Assembly: GCA_040386535.1 (NCBI GenBank)
Contig: JAZKFH010000013.1
Span: forward strand, 320,928 to 384,927
DNA from: Myxococcota bacterium
Lineage (GTDB): Bacteria > Myxococcota_A > UBA796 > SXON01
Direction of reading: 5' to 3'
DNA length: 64,000 bases
This document shows, in pieces, positions 19,101 through 27,392 of the stretch. Position numbers and translations under genes: made by a program. Position 1 is the stretch's first letter; each line of letters begins with the position of its first letter. The notes under the pieces were generated by a model. That model was not told the origin of the DNA. It saw nothing but the letters and a program-made list of their open reading frames with translations, and ran no database searches.

Positions 19101-19181
19101 GACGAGCAGCGAGATGACCGCGGAGAGGACCGGGCGCTCGACGAAGATGTCCGTCGGGCCGCGGCCGGTCGGCGCGCTCAC
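16119..19181 (-). CDS. RND efflux transporter permease (AcrB/MdtB-like)
   Basis: FVERPVLSAV, WPGADP, AIGLVVDDAIVVLENI, ALTLTPMLC, GLVTKNGILIVE, RVRPILMT. GTGA overlap with the upstream MFP gene. Confidence 0.96.
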   Translation of the reverse strand: MSAPTGRGPTDIFVERPVLSAVISLLVLLLGVMGYGLLGVRETPDVESPIVSVSTSWPGADPAIMETDVTEVLERELNGIEGVRTMSSTSQDGRSEIRIEFELGLDIEAAANDVRGRVGQARRRLPDDVDEPIVSKSDASGDSIMFIRLSGEGLDLLDVTEVADTIVRERIENVPGVSGVDLNGGRVWAMRLELDAARLAARRVTVGDIEAALRAGNVDVPAGRLEGAATQLTLSVQSGLRTPEEFGALIVRADGDGQVYLRDVASVRLGAENERTAARTEGLPTITLSVNPQAKANVVDVADEVKRRLSIIEADLPSGMTLDVVYDRAEAVRASIRDVEHTLFVAFGLVVAVIFLFLRDLRSTLVPAIAIPVSLVGTFLVLWIAGFTLNVFTLFGLVLAIGLVVDDAIVVLENIVRRLEEGDSPHEAALVGTRQIATAVVATTLSLVVVFLPVVFTGGATGRLFLEFGVTVAASVALSMVVALTLTPMLCAKLLKAHVRKENAGGEPIVRHVPLWERAFNATLGLVMRRPWLVVPMLVGAVAIGGYGVSTIPQEFFPIEDRGMFQVRTEAPEGTTFEWMDARMAEFEEILGPLVPERRMMLARVASGRGGVSGPTNSGMIMFPLVPREERDRTQQQIVDALRGPLAEITAFRAVPTQSPTVGRGSSSPLQFVLQHPDFDTLADALPAFVAAMSDLDGLSSVNPDLKLNRPELRLVVDREKAAALGVSIRDVVRTVQVLTGSSEVSTFKRGVRQYKVVAELGRDGRDEPADLAGIHLRTPSGAMVPLSNFVKWEEQSAPSTRYHYDRAPSATISANLDGITIGEGIARARALADTLPEGFRTALSGQSKDFEEGSSSLLQMFLLALALVYLLLAAQFDSFVAPVSILLSVPLALAGAFTALLITGSTLSFFAQVGLILLVGLVTKNGILIVEYARQLRDDEGLLPWAAAERATQLRVRPILMTSVATIGGAIPIALGMSGSGRSALGIAVVGGMLSATVLTLYVTPVVYAALASIGRRRA

Positions 19182-20257
19182 CGGGACCCCGTCGGGGTCG
19201 GCGCGGGCGTTGTCGGTGTCGCCGCTTCGGCGTCCGTGAGCACCTTGACTGTCGCGCCGGGGCGGAGCCGCGTGAGCCCCTCGATCACGACCGAGTCGCC
19301 CGCCGCCAGCCCTTCGAGGGCCTCGATGCGTGCCTCGGCGCGCTCGCCGGTGCGGATGGGGCGCAGCGCGACGGTGCTGTCGGCCCCGACGACGTACACG
19401 GCAGCGCCCGTGGCGGAGCGGATCACCGCCTGGGTCGGCACGAGCACGGCGTCCGCGCGCACGAGCGTCACGACGCGCACGGCCCCGGTCATGCCCGGTC
19501 GGAGCGGTGCGTCCGGGTCGGTGACGGCCACCCGCACGTCGACCGTGCGGGTATCGGAGGCCACCCGCGGCGCCACGTAGGACACCACCCCGGGGAAGGT
19601 GCGGTCGGGCAGGGCGTCCACCCGCACCACGGCGGTCTGCCCGACGGCCACGCTCGCGAGGGCCGCCTCGGGCAGCGCGACCTCGACCACGAGCCGCCCG
19701 ATCCCCTCGATGCGGGTGACCGCGCGGGTCGGATCGATGCGCTCGCCCGGCGCCACGTCGCGGCGGCCCACCACGCCGTCGAACGGCGCCAGGAGCACCG
19801 TGCGCCGTAGCCCCTCCTCGGCCCGCGCGAGCTCCGCCGAAGCCAGCGCCACCTCCGCGTCCGCTCGATCGAGCTCGGCCTGCGACACGTCCCCGCCGCC
19901 GACCAGCGGGGCCCGGCGATCGCGCTCCAGCTTCGCCAGGCTCGTCCGCGCGCGGGCCTCGGTCAGGGCCGCCTTCGCGTCGGCATCGCGCAGCCGCACG
20001 AGCGCCTGCCCGCGCCGCACCTTGTCGCCGTCCTCGAACAGCACCGCGGTCACGAGGCCCGCCACTTCGGGGCGCAGCTCGGCGGTGTCGAGCGCCTCGA
20101 CCGTCCCCGTCGCCTCGAGCGCGTTCTCCGCGGCGGCCGCCACGAGCACCTCGACACGGACGGGCACCGGGGCCCGGGCGGCGCCACCGGCCGCGGCGGG
20201 CGGGGCTTCGGAGGGGCCACATGCGACCAGGAAGGCGGCGAGTACGGGGATCAACAC
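19178..20257 (-). CDS. RND efflux periplasmic adaptor (MFP) lipoprotein
   Basis: AGGAGG then GTG; LVAC lipobox; ELRPEVAGLV..V.F.DGD.V..GQ.L, LAPFDGVVG, LRPGM, VVIEG...LRPG. Confidence 0.93.
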   Translation of the reverse strand: MLIPVLAAFLVACGPSEAPPAAAGGAARAPVPVRVEVLVAAAAENALEATGTVEALDTAELRPEVAGLVTAVLFEDGDKVRRGQALVRLRDADAKAALTEARARTSLAKLERDRRAPLVGGGDVSQAELDRADAEVALASAELARAEEGLRRTVLLAPFDGVVGRRDVAPGERIDPTRAVTRIEGIGRLVVEVALPEAALASVAVGQTAVVRVDALPDRTFPGVVSYVAPRVASDTRTVDVRVAVTDPDAPLRPGMTGAVRVVTLVRADAVLVPTQAVIRSATGAAVYVVGADSTVALRPIRTGERAEARIEALEGLAAGDSVVIEGLTRLRPGATVKVLTDAEAATPTTPAPTPTGSR

Positions 20258-20413
20258 GGAGCCTCCTGCGCGCCGTGGGAGCCGCCGTGGAGCTGCTTCC
20301 GCGCGGTCGCCCGCTTCCCTATCGGCATGAGCCTCCGTGCGTGCGCCGGAGCGGACGCTGATGACATCCGATGAACATCGACGGGCAGCCGCGCCCACGA
20401 TTAGACGCCCGCC

Positions 20414-21445
20414 ATGAGCACCTCCCCCAGCACGGACCACAGCAGAGACCTCAACGGCGAGCGCATGCTCGTGTCCCTCCTCAAGGAGGTGTGCGCGGCC
20501 CGGGGCATCCGCCTCACGTCGTTCTCGGACGACTGGGTGTTCTGCCTCCAGCACGAGGCGCGCACCGCGTATGTGGTCGGGTTCGATTTTGGTGTCAACA
20601 ACGCGACCGCGAAGATGCTCGCCAAGGACAAGTCGGCCACCTCCGATCTACTGGCGTTCCACGGGGTGCCGCGCGTGGAGCACCGCCTGTTCCACAGCCC
20701 CGAGCTCGCCGCGTACGTGCCGCTCGAAGGGAGCTGGCGCCCGATGCTCGCGTACTTCGAGGCGTGCGGCCACGATCTGGTGTGCAAGCCGAACGAGGGC
20801 ACCGGGGGCCGCCTCGTGTTGCGCGCACGCTCGGCGCTGGAGCTCGAGGCCGCCGTGCTGCGCATCCTCAAGGTGAGCCGCTCGGTGTGCCTCTCGCCCT
20901 TCGAGCCCATCGGGGACGAGTACCGGGTCGCGGTGCTCCGCGGCGTCGTGCAGTTCGCGTACCGCAAGGAGCGCCCCGCCTTGATCGGTGACGGGGTGCG
21001 CTCGCTGCGCCGGCTCGTCACGGAGAAGCTCGAAATCCAGCCGGACTTCGCGGCGGCGGCGCAGCGGCTCGCCGATCTCGCCGAGATGAAGCTGGACTTC
21101 GACCACGTGCCCGCCCAGGGCGAGCGGGTGGAGCTGAACTGGCGGCACAACCTCGGGCAGGGTGCCGAGCCCGAGCTCCTCGACGGGGAGAACCCGCGGT
21201 TCCACGAGGTGTGCGCGGTCGCGCTGGCGGCGGCCGGGGCGCTGGGGATCGATCTGGCGTCGGTCGACGTGGTGGACGCCGGCGGCACCCTCAAGATCCT
21301 GGAGATCAACTCGGGGATCATGATGGAGAGCCTGGTCCGCAGCTTGCCGGGCGGCCGTGCGCTCGCGACGCGTTTCTACGACCGGATCGTGTGCGCGTCG
21401 CTCGACTTGTCCGCCGCCGACGAGCCTGGCGAAGGTGCCTCGTGA
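20414..21445 (+). CDS. Stand-alone ATP-grasp ligase (RimK/CphA-like) A
   Basis: KDKSAT, VCKPNEGTGG, EYRV, IGDG..S, WRHNLGQG, ASVDVV, LEINSG. Confidence 0.85.
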   Translation: MSTSPSTDHSRDLNGERMLVSLLKEVCAARGIRLTSFSDDWVFCLQHEARTAYVVGFDFGVNNATAKMLAKDKSATSDLLAFHGVPRVEHRLFHSPELAAYVPLEGSWRPMLAYFEACGHDLVCKPNEGTGGRLVLRARSALELEAAVLRILKVSRSVCLSPFEPIGDEYRVAVLRGVVQFAYRKERPALIGDGVRSLRRLVTEKLEIQPDFAAAAQRLADLAEMKLDFDHVPAQGERVELNWRHNLGQGAEPELLDGENPRFHEVCAVALAAAGALGIDLASVDVVDAGGTLKILEINSGIMMESLVRSLPGGRALATRFYDRIVCASLDLSAADEPGEGAS

Positions 21446-22461
21446 GCCGCGGGGGAGGGGAGGACGGGACGCCGTTCATGCCCGCGGTCCTGGCGCGGAT
21501 CGCGCCGCGCGTCGGCGCCGAGGTGATCCTCGAGCCCGAGTTCGGCATCGTCGGCCTGGTCCGGTTCGCCAACGGGCGGAAATCTTATTTCTGGCACAAC
21601 AAGTTCAACCTCAACACGGTCAGCTCCGCCCGTATCGCGCAGGACAAGGGGTACACCGCCCACTTCCTGGCGCTGCACGGGTTCCGCGTGCCACGTTCCC
21701 GCTCGTTCTTCCGCGAGGCGTTCCGGAAGGCGCTCGACTCCGACCGGGGCGCCGACGCCGCGCTCGCCTACGCCGAGTCGCTGGGGTGGCCGGTGTACGT
21801 CAAGCCGTGCCGCCGCAGCCAGGGCGACGGCGTCTCCATGGCGGCCGATGCCAACGAGCTCGCCGAGGCGACGGCGCGCGTGTTGGGACGCGACCGCATG
21901 ATGATCGTGCAGGAGGCGTGCGCCGGACGGGATTACCGTGTCGTGACGCTCGACGGCGAGGTCATCAACGCCTACGAACGCGTGCCGCTCGAGATCGTGG
22001 GGGATGGCCGCTCCACCGTGGCGCAGCGGCTCCAGGCCCTCCAGGCCACGTTCGACGCCAGCGGACGTGACACACAAATCCCGGTCGACGACGCGCGCAT
22101 CCACACGCGCCTGCGTCGGGAGGGCCTCACCATGGAGAGCGTCGTGGCCGACGGCGCGCGGCTGCGCCTGCTCGACATCGCAAACCTCTCCTGCGGCGGC
22201 ACCACCGTAGACATCACGGATCGGCTGCATCCGAGCGTGGCAACGCTGGCAGCGGGCGTGGCGGCCGCGTTGGATCTTCGCTTCGCGGGCATCGACATCT
22301 TGATGCCCGACGCGACCGCGCCCCTCGAGGAGTACGTGGTGCTCGAGGTGAACTCGGCGCCGGGCCTCGATCACTACGGCACCGTCGGGCCCGAACACGA
22401 GGCCTTCGTGGACGAGTTGTACCTCAAGGTATTGCGCGCGGTGGAGCGCGGGCCCGGGTAG
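21442..22461 (+). CDS. Stand-alone ATP-grasp ligase (cyanophycin synthetase N-domain/GshAB-like) B
   Basis: GTGA overlap (alternative ATG at 21478); QDKGYT, WPVYVKP...SQGDGV, GRDYRV, VGDGRSTV, ANLSCGG, FAGIDI, LEVNSAPGL. Confidence 0.88.
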   Translation: MSRGGGEDGTPFMPAVLARIAPRVGAEVILEPEFGIVGLVRFANGRKSYFWHNKFNLNTVSSARIAQDKGYTAHFLALHGFRVPRSRSFFREAFRKALDSDRGADAALAYAESLGWPVYVKPCRRSQGDGVSMAADANELAEATARVLGRDRMMIVQEACAGRDYRVVTLDGEVINAYERVPLEIVGDGRSTVAQRLQALQATFDASGRDTQIPVDDARIHTRLRREGLTMESVVADGARLRLLDIANLSCGGTTVDITDRLHPSVATLAAGVAAALDLRFAGIDILMPDATAPLEEYVVLEVNSAPGLDHYGTVGPEHEAFVDELYLKVLRAVERGPG

Positions 22462-22476
22462 CGATAGGGGCGGCGG

Positions 22477-23838
22477 ATGCTGTTTCTTCTCGGATGTGTC
22501 GGTGAGGCCGACAAACCTGCCAGCGATCGCACGGACGCGTCCGCGGACACCGCCCCGGACACCGCGGTCGACACTGGTGACACCGAGGACACGGGCTCCG
22601 GCAACGAGCCGTGCGCGCAGCCCGGCGCGGTGTACACGCTCCCGACGGGGGGCACGCTCTTCTCGCCGTACGCGACGCTGATCACGGTCGACCTCGACGG
22701 GGGCGGGCGCGCCGACGTGCTCCACGAGTCGTTCGATCCGGTGCGGGGGGTGGCCCTGCTGCGGGGCGAGGACGCCGCGTTCGGCGGGGTCACGCCCGTG
22801 GCGCACTTCCCCGCGGCCTTGGACGCGCAACAGGCGGCCCTGGGGGTCGGCGTCGCCGGGGATCTCGACGGGGACGGCGCGCGCGAGATCCTGCTCGGGC
22901 AGGGCACGGAGCGCGGCGCCCGCCAGCTCGATGTGTGGTCCCTCGCGGACACCACCGCGCCGCTCGCAAGCGTCGTCTTCTCGGACGCGCCCAAGTGGGG
23001 CTTCGTCACGCCGTCCGAGGAGACCGGCCCCGATCTGGATGGGGACGGCATCGAAGAGGTGCTGGTCACCGTGCTCGGCGGGGCGCTCCGGTACGGCTCT
23101 GTGTACGTGTTCCCGGGCGCGGCCCTCGGCGGCGGTGCCTCCCTCGACGAGGGCGACGCATGGGCCTCCTTCGGCGACGACGACTCCACCTGGGCGCCCA
23201 ATGTCGTGGTCGCGCCCGATCTCGACGGCGACGGGGTCGCGGAGCTGCTGCTCAACCACATCGATTACACCCTTGGCGACGTCCGGGTGGTGCCCTCGGG
23301 CCTCGGTGGGGGCGCCTTCAGCCCCGATGACCTGGACGTTCTCATCGCGCTGCCCGACGAGTCCCGCGCCCCGTTGTTCCTCGACATCGACGCGGACGGC
23401 GTGCCCGAGCTGTTCGCGAACGATGGGAGCGTCGATGGGAGCGTGCGCGGGTTCGCGGGGGAGGTGGTCGCCGCGGCGGCGCGGGACGGAGCCGCCCTGA
23501 CCGCCGACGACGCCTGGGTCGAGGTGCTCGGGGGGCGCGACGACTATCTTGGGGCGAACCTGGCCCCGGTGACCGACGCGGATTGTGCCGTGGGGCTCGC
23601 CGTCTCCGCACACTTCGCGGGCGAGGTGCGCCTGATCTCGAACGCCGACCTGATCGCCGGCGGCACGGTCGCCAGCGGCGGCGCGCCCACGTTGACCGGC
23701 CCCGGCGAGTGGTTCGGCTACGTGCTGGCCGGCGGCCAGGACCTCGATCTCGACGGCACGCTCGACCTCGTCGTGTCCGGGGACGAGGGCGGCGAGATGG
23801 TGCTGTACCTGTCGCCCGCGGACGCGGCGGGGGAGTGA
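22477..23838 (+). CDS. FG-GAP/integrin-like repeat lipoprotein
   Basis: DNA reads MLFLLGC, then a DT-rich linker and several DLDGDG/DIDADG Ca-binding loops, GSVYVFPG, FGYVLAGG.DLD.DG. Confidence 0.85.
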   Translation: MLFLLGCVGEADKPASDRTDASADTAPDTAVDTGDTEDTGSGNEPCAQPGAVYTLPTGGTLFSPYATLITVDLDGGGRADVLHESFDPVRGVALLRGEDAAFGGVTPVAHFPAALDAQQAALGVGVAGDLDGDGAREILLGQGTERGARQLDVWSLADTTAPLASVVFSDAPKWGFVTPSEETGPDLDGDGIEEVLVTVLGGALRYGSVYVFPGAALGGGASLDEGDAWASFGDDDSTWAPNVVVAPDLDGDGVAELLLNHIDYTLGDVRVVPSGLGGGAFSPDDLDVLIALPDESRAPLFLDIDADGVPELFANDGSVDGSVRGFAGEVVAAAARDGAALTADDAWVEVLGGRDDYLGANLAPVTDADCAVGLAVSAHFAGEVRLISNADLIAGGTVASGGAPTLTGPGEWFGYVLAGGQDLDLDGTLDLVVSGDEGGEMVLYLSPADAAGE

Positions 23839-23851
23839 GCGGGCGGCGGTC

Positions 23852-24637
23852 TCAGCGCTTTGGCGGCCACGGCACGAACGCGGACGTGCGCCGCACATAG
23901 TCGCGGTAGGCGGGCCGGCGGTCGGCGATGTCGCGCTCGAGCAGGCTCACGCCGCTGACACGCACGATCAGCACCGTCATGATCGCGGGCCCGACCAGCG
24001 CCATCCAGGCGCCGGTGGAGAGCGCCACGAGCCCGAAACCCCACCACAACAGCGCATCGCCGAAGTAATTGGGATGGCGGCTGTAGCGCCAGAGCCCGGC
24101 GTCCAGCACGGTGCCGCGGCTCGCCGGGTCGGCCCGGAAGCGCGCGAGCTGGGCGTCGGCGGCCGCCTCGCACAGAAAGCCCGTGGCCCACACGAGGACC
24201 CCGATCCCGTCGAGCACGCCGAGGGGCGCCACGCCCGCGATCCCGGCCTGCACGGGCAGCGACACGAGCCACGCGAGCCCGGCCTGGAGCAGGAACACCG
24301 TGAACAGGCTCACCCACACGAACCGCGGCCCGTGCGCGTCGCGCATCGCGACGTAGCGTGGGTCCTCGCCGTGGGACCGGTTGCGTCGGAGCAGGTGAAT
24401 CCCGAGCCGCCCCGCCCAGAGCCCGACCATCGCGAGCACGATCCACGGGCGCGGCCCCGGCGAGGCCCCGACCAGGAAGCTTACCCCCGCGATCAGCAGG
24501 AACGCGGGCCCCCAGGCGGGATCGGCCACGCTCGCATCCCGGCGGACCACGCTCACGATCCAGAGCAGCCCGGCCCCAACCAGGAGCGCGAGGAGCGAGG
24601 GGCCGGCCGTGACGGAGAGGGCAGCGAGGAGGGGCAT
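23852..24637 (-). CDS. DUF1295 family (steroid 5-alpha-reductase-like) membrane protein
   Basis: DASVADPAWG, GEDPRY, E..AD.QL..F, GLWRYSRHPNYFG, VSGVSLLE, RRTSAFVPW. Confidence 0.92.
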   Translation of the reverse strand: MPLLAALSVTAGPSLLALLVGAGLLWIVSVVRRDASVADPAWGPAFLLIAGVSFLVGASPGPRPWIVLAMVGLWAGRLGIHLLRRNRSHGEDPRYVAMRDAHGPRFVWVSLFTVFLLQAGLAWLVSLPVQAGIAGVAPLGVLDGIGVLVWATGFLCEAAADAQLARFRADPASRGTVLDAGLWRYSRHPNYFGDALLWWGFGLVALSTGAWMALVGPAIMTVLIVRVSGVSLLERDIADRRPAYRDYVRRTSAFVPWPPKR

Positions 24638-24831
24638 CGGGGGAGGGAGTACCACGGCGCCCCGGGTCCGCGCGGACGCGGCCCCGTCGGCCCCCTCCAG
24701 TCGCGCGGCGGAGCCGCTTGGTCCCGCCGCGGACGGCGGGGACCGTCCGCCCGAGGCGGGCGGCCGACTTCCGGGCGCCTGGCGCGGGGCCGGTGACGGC
24801 TGGGCGTCGGCGGACGAAGGTCCGAGCCGGA

Positions 24832-24932
24832 CGTGGCGGCCAAGTTCGGCGATCATCCGAAATGATCCCGCCTGGGTGACCGCGTGGCGGCCAGGATCGG
24901 GGATCATCGGAAATGATCCCGCCGCCATGACC
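24832..24932. repeat. Two tandem 51-bp imperfect hairpin units
   Basis: cgtggcggcca... at 24832 and 24883; each carries gatcat-N5-atgatc (8-bp stem gggatcat/atgatccc in copy 2). Confidence 0.8.
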
Positions 24933-24949
24933 AAACGGTGAGCTCTGGC

Positions 24950-25083
24950 TCGACGGGTGCCCCGAGATCGTCCGCCCCACGGACGAAGTCGCGCCCCCTG
25001 TTCGACAGGTGCCCCGAGATCGTCCGCCACACGGACGAAGTCGCACCCCCTGTTCGACAGGTGCCCCGAGATCGTCCGGCACG
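24950..25083. repeat. About 2.6 tandem 52-bp hairpin units
   Basis: tcgac.ggtgccccgagatcgtccg at 24950, 25002 and 25054; internal stem tcgtccg-N5-cggacga; junction stem cctgt-tcg-acagg. Confidence 0.9.
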
Positions 25084-26021
25084 CCGTCGGGTTTCACCCT
25101 CCGGAAGCTCCGGATCCGGGCGTGTCGACCCGGGCGGGCGATCGCGGGGCGAAGCTCCACCAGATCCGTGAACCGCACGTGCCCCGCGGTGCTCGCGTCC
25201 ACGGAGAAGACCGCGGGGCGGAGGCCGAGGGCTCGTTCGCCTTCAGCAGAATCACGAAGCCGAGGCACTGGCCGATGGGCGCGTGGAGAAGCGAGGCGGC
25301 AGGTGGTGGGGAGTCAGACCTTCTTGCCAGTACCCGTGCGAGCGGACAGAGCCCCGTCGTGTTCTCGTTCTGCTCGCTGGAGGAAGGACGACACGAACGC
25401 CACGAGCGTTTCTGTCACCACTCTGCGGGGCGGCATATCGCGAGGAGGAGTGGACCTATCCCTCGCGACCGACCGCCCATCGTTCGACCAATGGGTCGTG
25501 CCCGTTGAAGACTTCGTGGTCACCTGCGAGACCCTTCACAGCGGGATCTGCTACCAGTTCACCGCGGCCTGAGAGGACGGGATTGAGGTGCACGATTGGC
25601 GCGGTGACACGAGCGAGTGCGATCGTCCTTCCTCCTCGGCCTCATCTGGAGGTGACGACGGCAATAGCACCGGAGGGGCTGTCGGCGCGATCCTCGCGTC
25701 GCAGTCCCGGGGTGCCGTGGCGGAGCCCGAAACACGGTAGCGCCTGGTCGTCTGGGTTCCCGCCGGCGACACAGGCGAGGAGGACCGTCCCGAGGAACGG
25801 ATCGACAAACGTGACGGAGGCAACCAACGCGGGCATTGGCTCATGGTGACAGAACGTCAATTTGCAAGTCGAGCCAACCAACGCGCTCCCCCGCGCGAGG
25901 AGCGCGGAGGGCGGCGCGTCCGCGCGCCGGTCCGGCCGGGCGTCCGCGACCGGCCGACCGAGCCCGACAGGGCGAGCCCGCAGCGGTCCGACCCCGAGCG
26001 CAGCGAGGGGGCGCGCCCGGC

Positions 26022-26732
26022 TCACTCCCGCACGAACGCCGCCGCGACGTGCGCCACGAACCAGTCGGGGCAACCGGAGGAGGTCTCGGGCGTCTGCTGC
26101 TCGTCGCCCGCGTGGACCACGCGCCAGGGGCCGATGTCCTCTTCGTCCCCGTAGGCCACCACCCCCTGGTCGTCCGCCGTGGTCACCCAGAAGTCGAACG
26201 CCGACCACGCGCCACATTCGTCGTGTTGCGTGCAGATTGGGTCGCCCTGGTCGAGGGTCACGTCGGCGGGCGTCGCGAGGTCGGCCAACGTGCCGGCCAC
26301 GCTGATGACGAGCTGCTCCACGCCCGCCTCGTCCGCGAGCACCACACGCCCGCGGTCGGGCCCGAAGTCGCCGAAGACGTAGGCGAGATCGAGCGACACC
26401 CGATCGCCCTCCTCGACGGGGGAGTCGAGCCCGGGCGCGGCGAGGCCCACGGTGGTCTCGACGCCGTCGGCGTCCGTGACGACGAGGATCAGGCCCTCCG
26501 CGCCGCTGCCCCACACGGCGGAGAAGCTCACGTCACACGCGTCTGGAAACGGGCCCGTCGTGACCGAGGTGACCGTGCCGGTCACGGCGAGGTCGGCCGT
26601 GCCGTAGCCCGGGTATTCCAGCCCCGGGTTGCCGAAGCAGGCCCCGACGGCGGGGACCTCGGGCAGGTCTTCACAAGTTTGGGGCAGGTCGCCCCCGAGG
26701 CAGGCCGAGAGCAGCAAGGAGGCGAGTGCCAT
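26022..26732 (-). CDS. Cys-rich hypothetical lipoprotein
   Basis: MALASLLLSAC preceded by TACGTT-N6; six further Cys; acidic and beta-rich. Confidence 0.75.
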   Translation of the reverse strand: MALASLLLSACLGGDLPQTCEDLPEVPAVGACFGNPGLEYPGYGTADLAVTGTVTSVTTGPFPDACDVSFSAVWGSGAEGLILVVTDADGVETTVGLAAPGLDSPVEEGDRVSLDLAYVFGDFGPDRGRVVLADEAGVEQLVISVAGTLADLATPADVTLDQGDPICTQHDECGAWSAFDFWVTTADDQGVVAYGDEEDIGPWRVVHAGDEQQTPETSSGCPDWFVAHVAAAFVRE

Positions 26733-26755
26733 GCCGGCAACGTAAGCACCCGCGG

Positions 26756-27322
26756 CTACGGTCGGGGCGGGAGCGCCGGGAGCTGGGCATCATCGTAGAC
26801 GGCGATGACACGGACGTGGCGCCACGTGCGGCCGAGGTGCTCCGCCGGCGCTTCGCGCGCGCCGATGCCGTACACGGTCGACCAGGTGTGCGGCAGGTAG
26901 AGCAGGTGCTGCTTCACGACCCAGCGGGGCGCCTCCGCCCGGCGCGACGAGAGCCCGTCGTTCCAATCCGAGCGCCACCAGTCACCGGCGCTCCCGACGG
27001 CGACGAGCCGGATGGTGCGCCCGCGCGACTCGAAGGCGAGCCGGTCGAGGAAGGAGACGAGGCGCCGGTACTGGGGCGAGCCACGCGCGATGGTGTCGCT
27101 GTTCCAGGGGAAGAACAGCGTGATCTCGCCGGTGCCCTGGCGCCGGGCGAGGGCGACCAGCTCCTCGATGCCGGCGAGGGAGTGCTCCTGCAGCTCGACC
27201 ATGCGCTCGACCTTGTCGTCGATCCGGTCGATCTTGCGCTCCATCCGGGCGTGCTGACGCATGCTCGCGGGCCCGCAGGCGAGGCCGAGGAGCAGGAACA
27301 GGGCGAACAGCGGGCGCAGCAT
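26756..27322 (-). CDS. Lipoprotein with coiled coil and divergent OmpA-like C-terminal domain
   Basis: GLAC lipobox; LFFPWNSDTI ... VGSAG...WNDGLSSRRAEA ... GIGA ... WRHVRV resembles OmpA_C. Confidence 0.65.
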   Translation of the reverse strand: MLRPLFALFLLLGLACGPASMRQHARMERKIDRIDDKVERMVELQEHSLAGIEELVALARRQGTGEITLFFPWNSDTIARGSPQYRRLVSFLDRLAFESRGRTIRLVAVGSAGDWWRSDWNDGLSSRRAEAPRWVVKQHLLYLPHTWSTVYGIGAREAPAEHLGRTWRHVRVIAVYDDAQLPALPPRP

Positions 27323-27392
27323 GACGTCGCGGTATCGCGTGGCCGTGCCGCTGGCCGCGTCCGCGCCTATCCTTCCGCGCTATCCGTCCGAG

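Noticed and set aside
20258..20413. RiPP (graspetide) precursor peptide for the ATP-grasp pair
   Set aside because: No small ORF with repeated Thr/Ser/Lys-Asp/Glu core motifs is visible, and the ligases look CphA/RimK-like rather than microviridin-type.
12376..20554. N-terminal extensions in the ORF track (903-aa kinase, 1367-aa RND, 458-aa MFP; likewise 583-aa HmuU, 665-aa HmuV, 816-aa deaminase)
   Set aside because: The extensions overlap neighbouring real genes and are low-complexity. Family motifs and stop/start overlaps define shorter starts.
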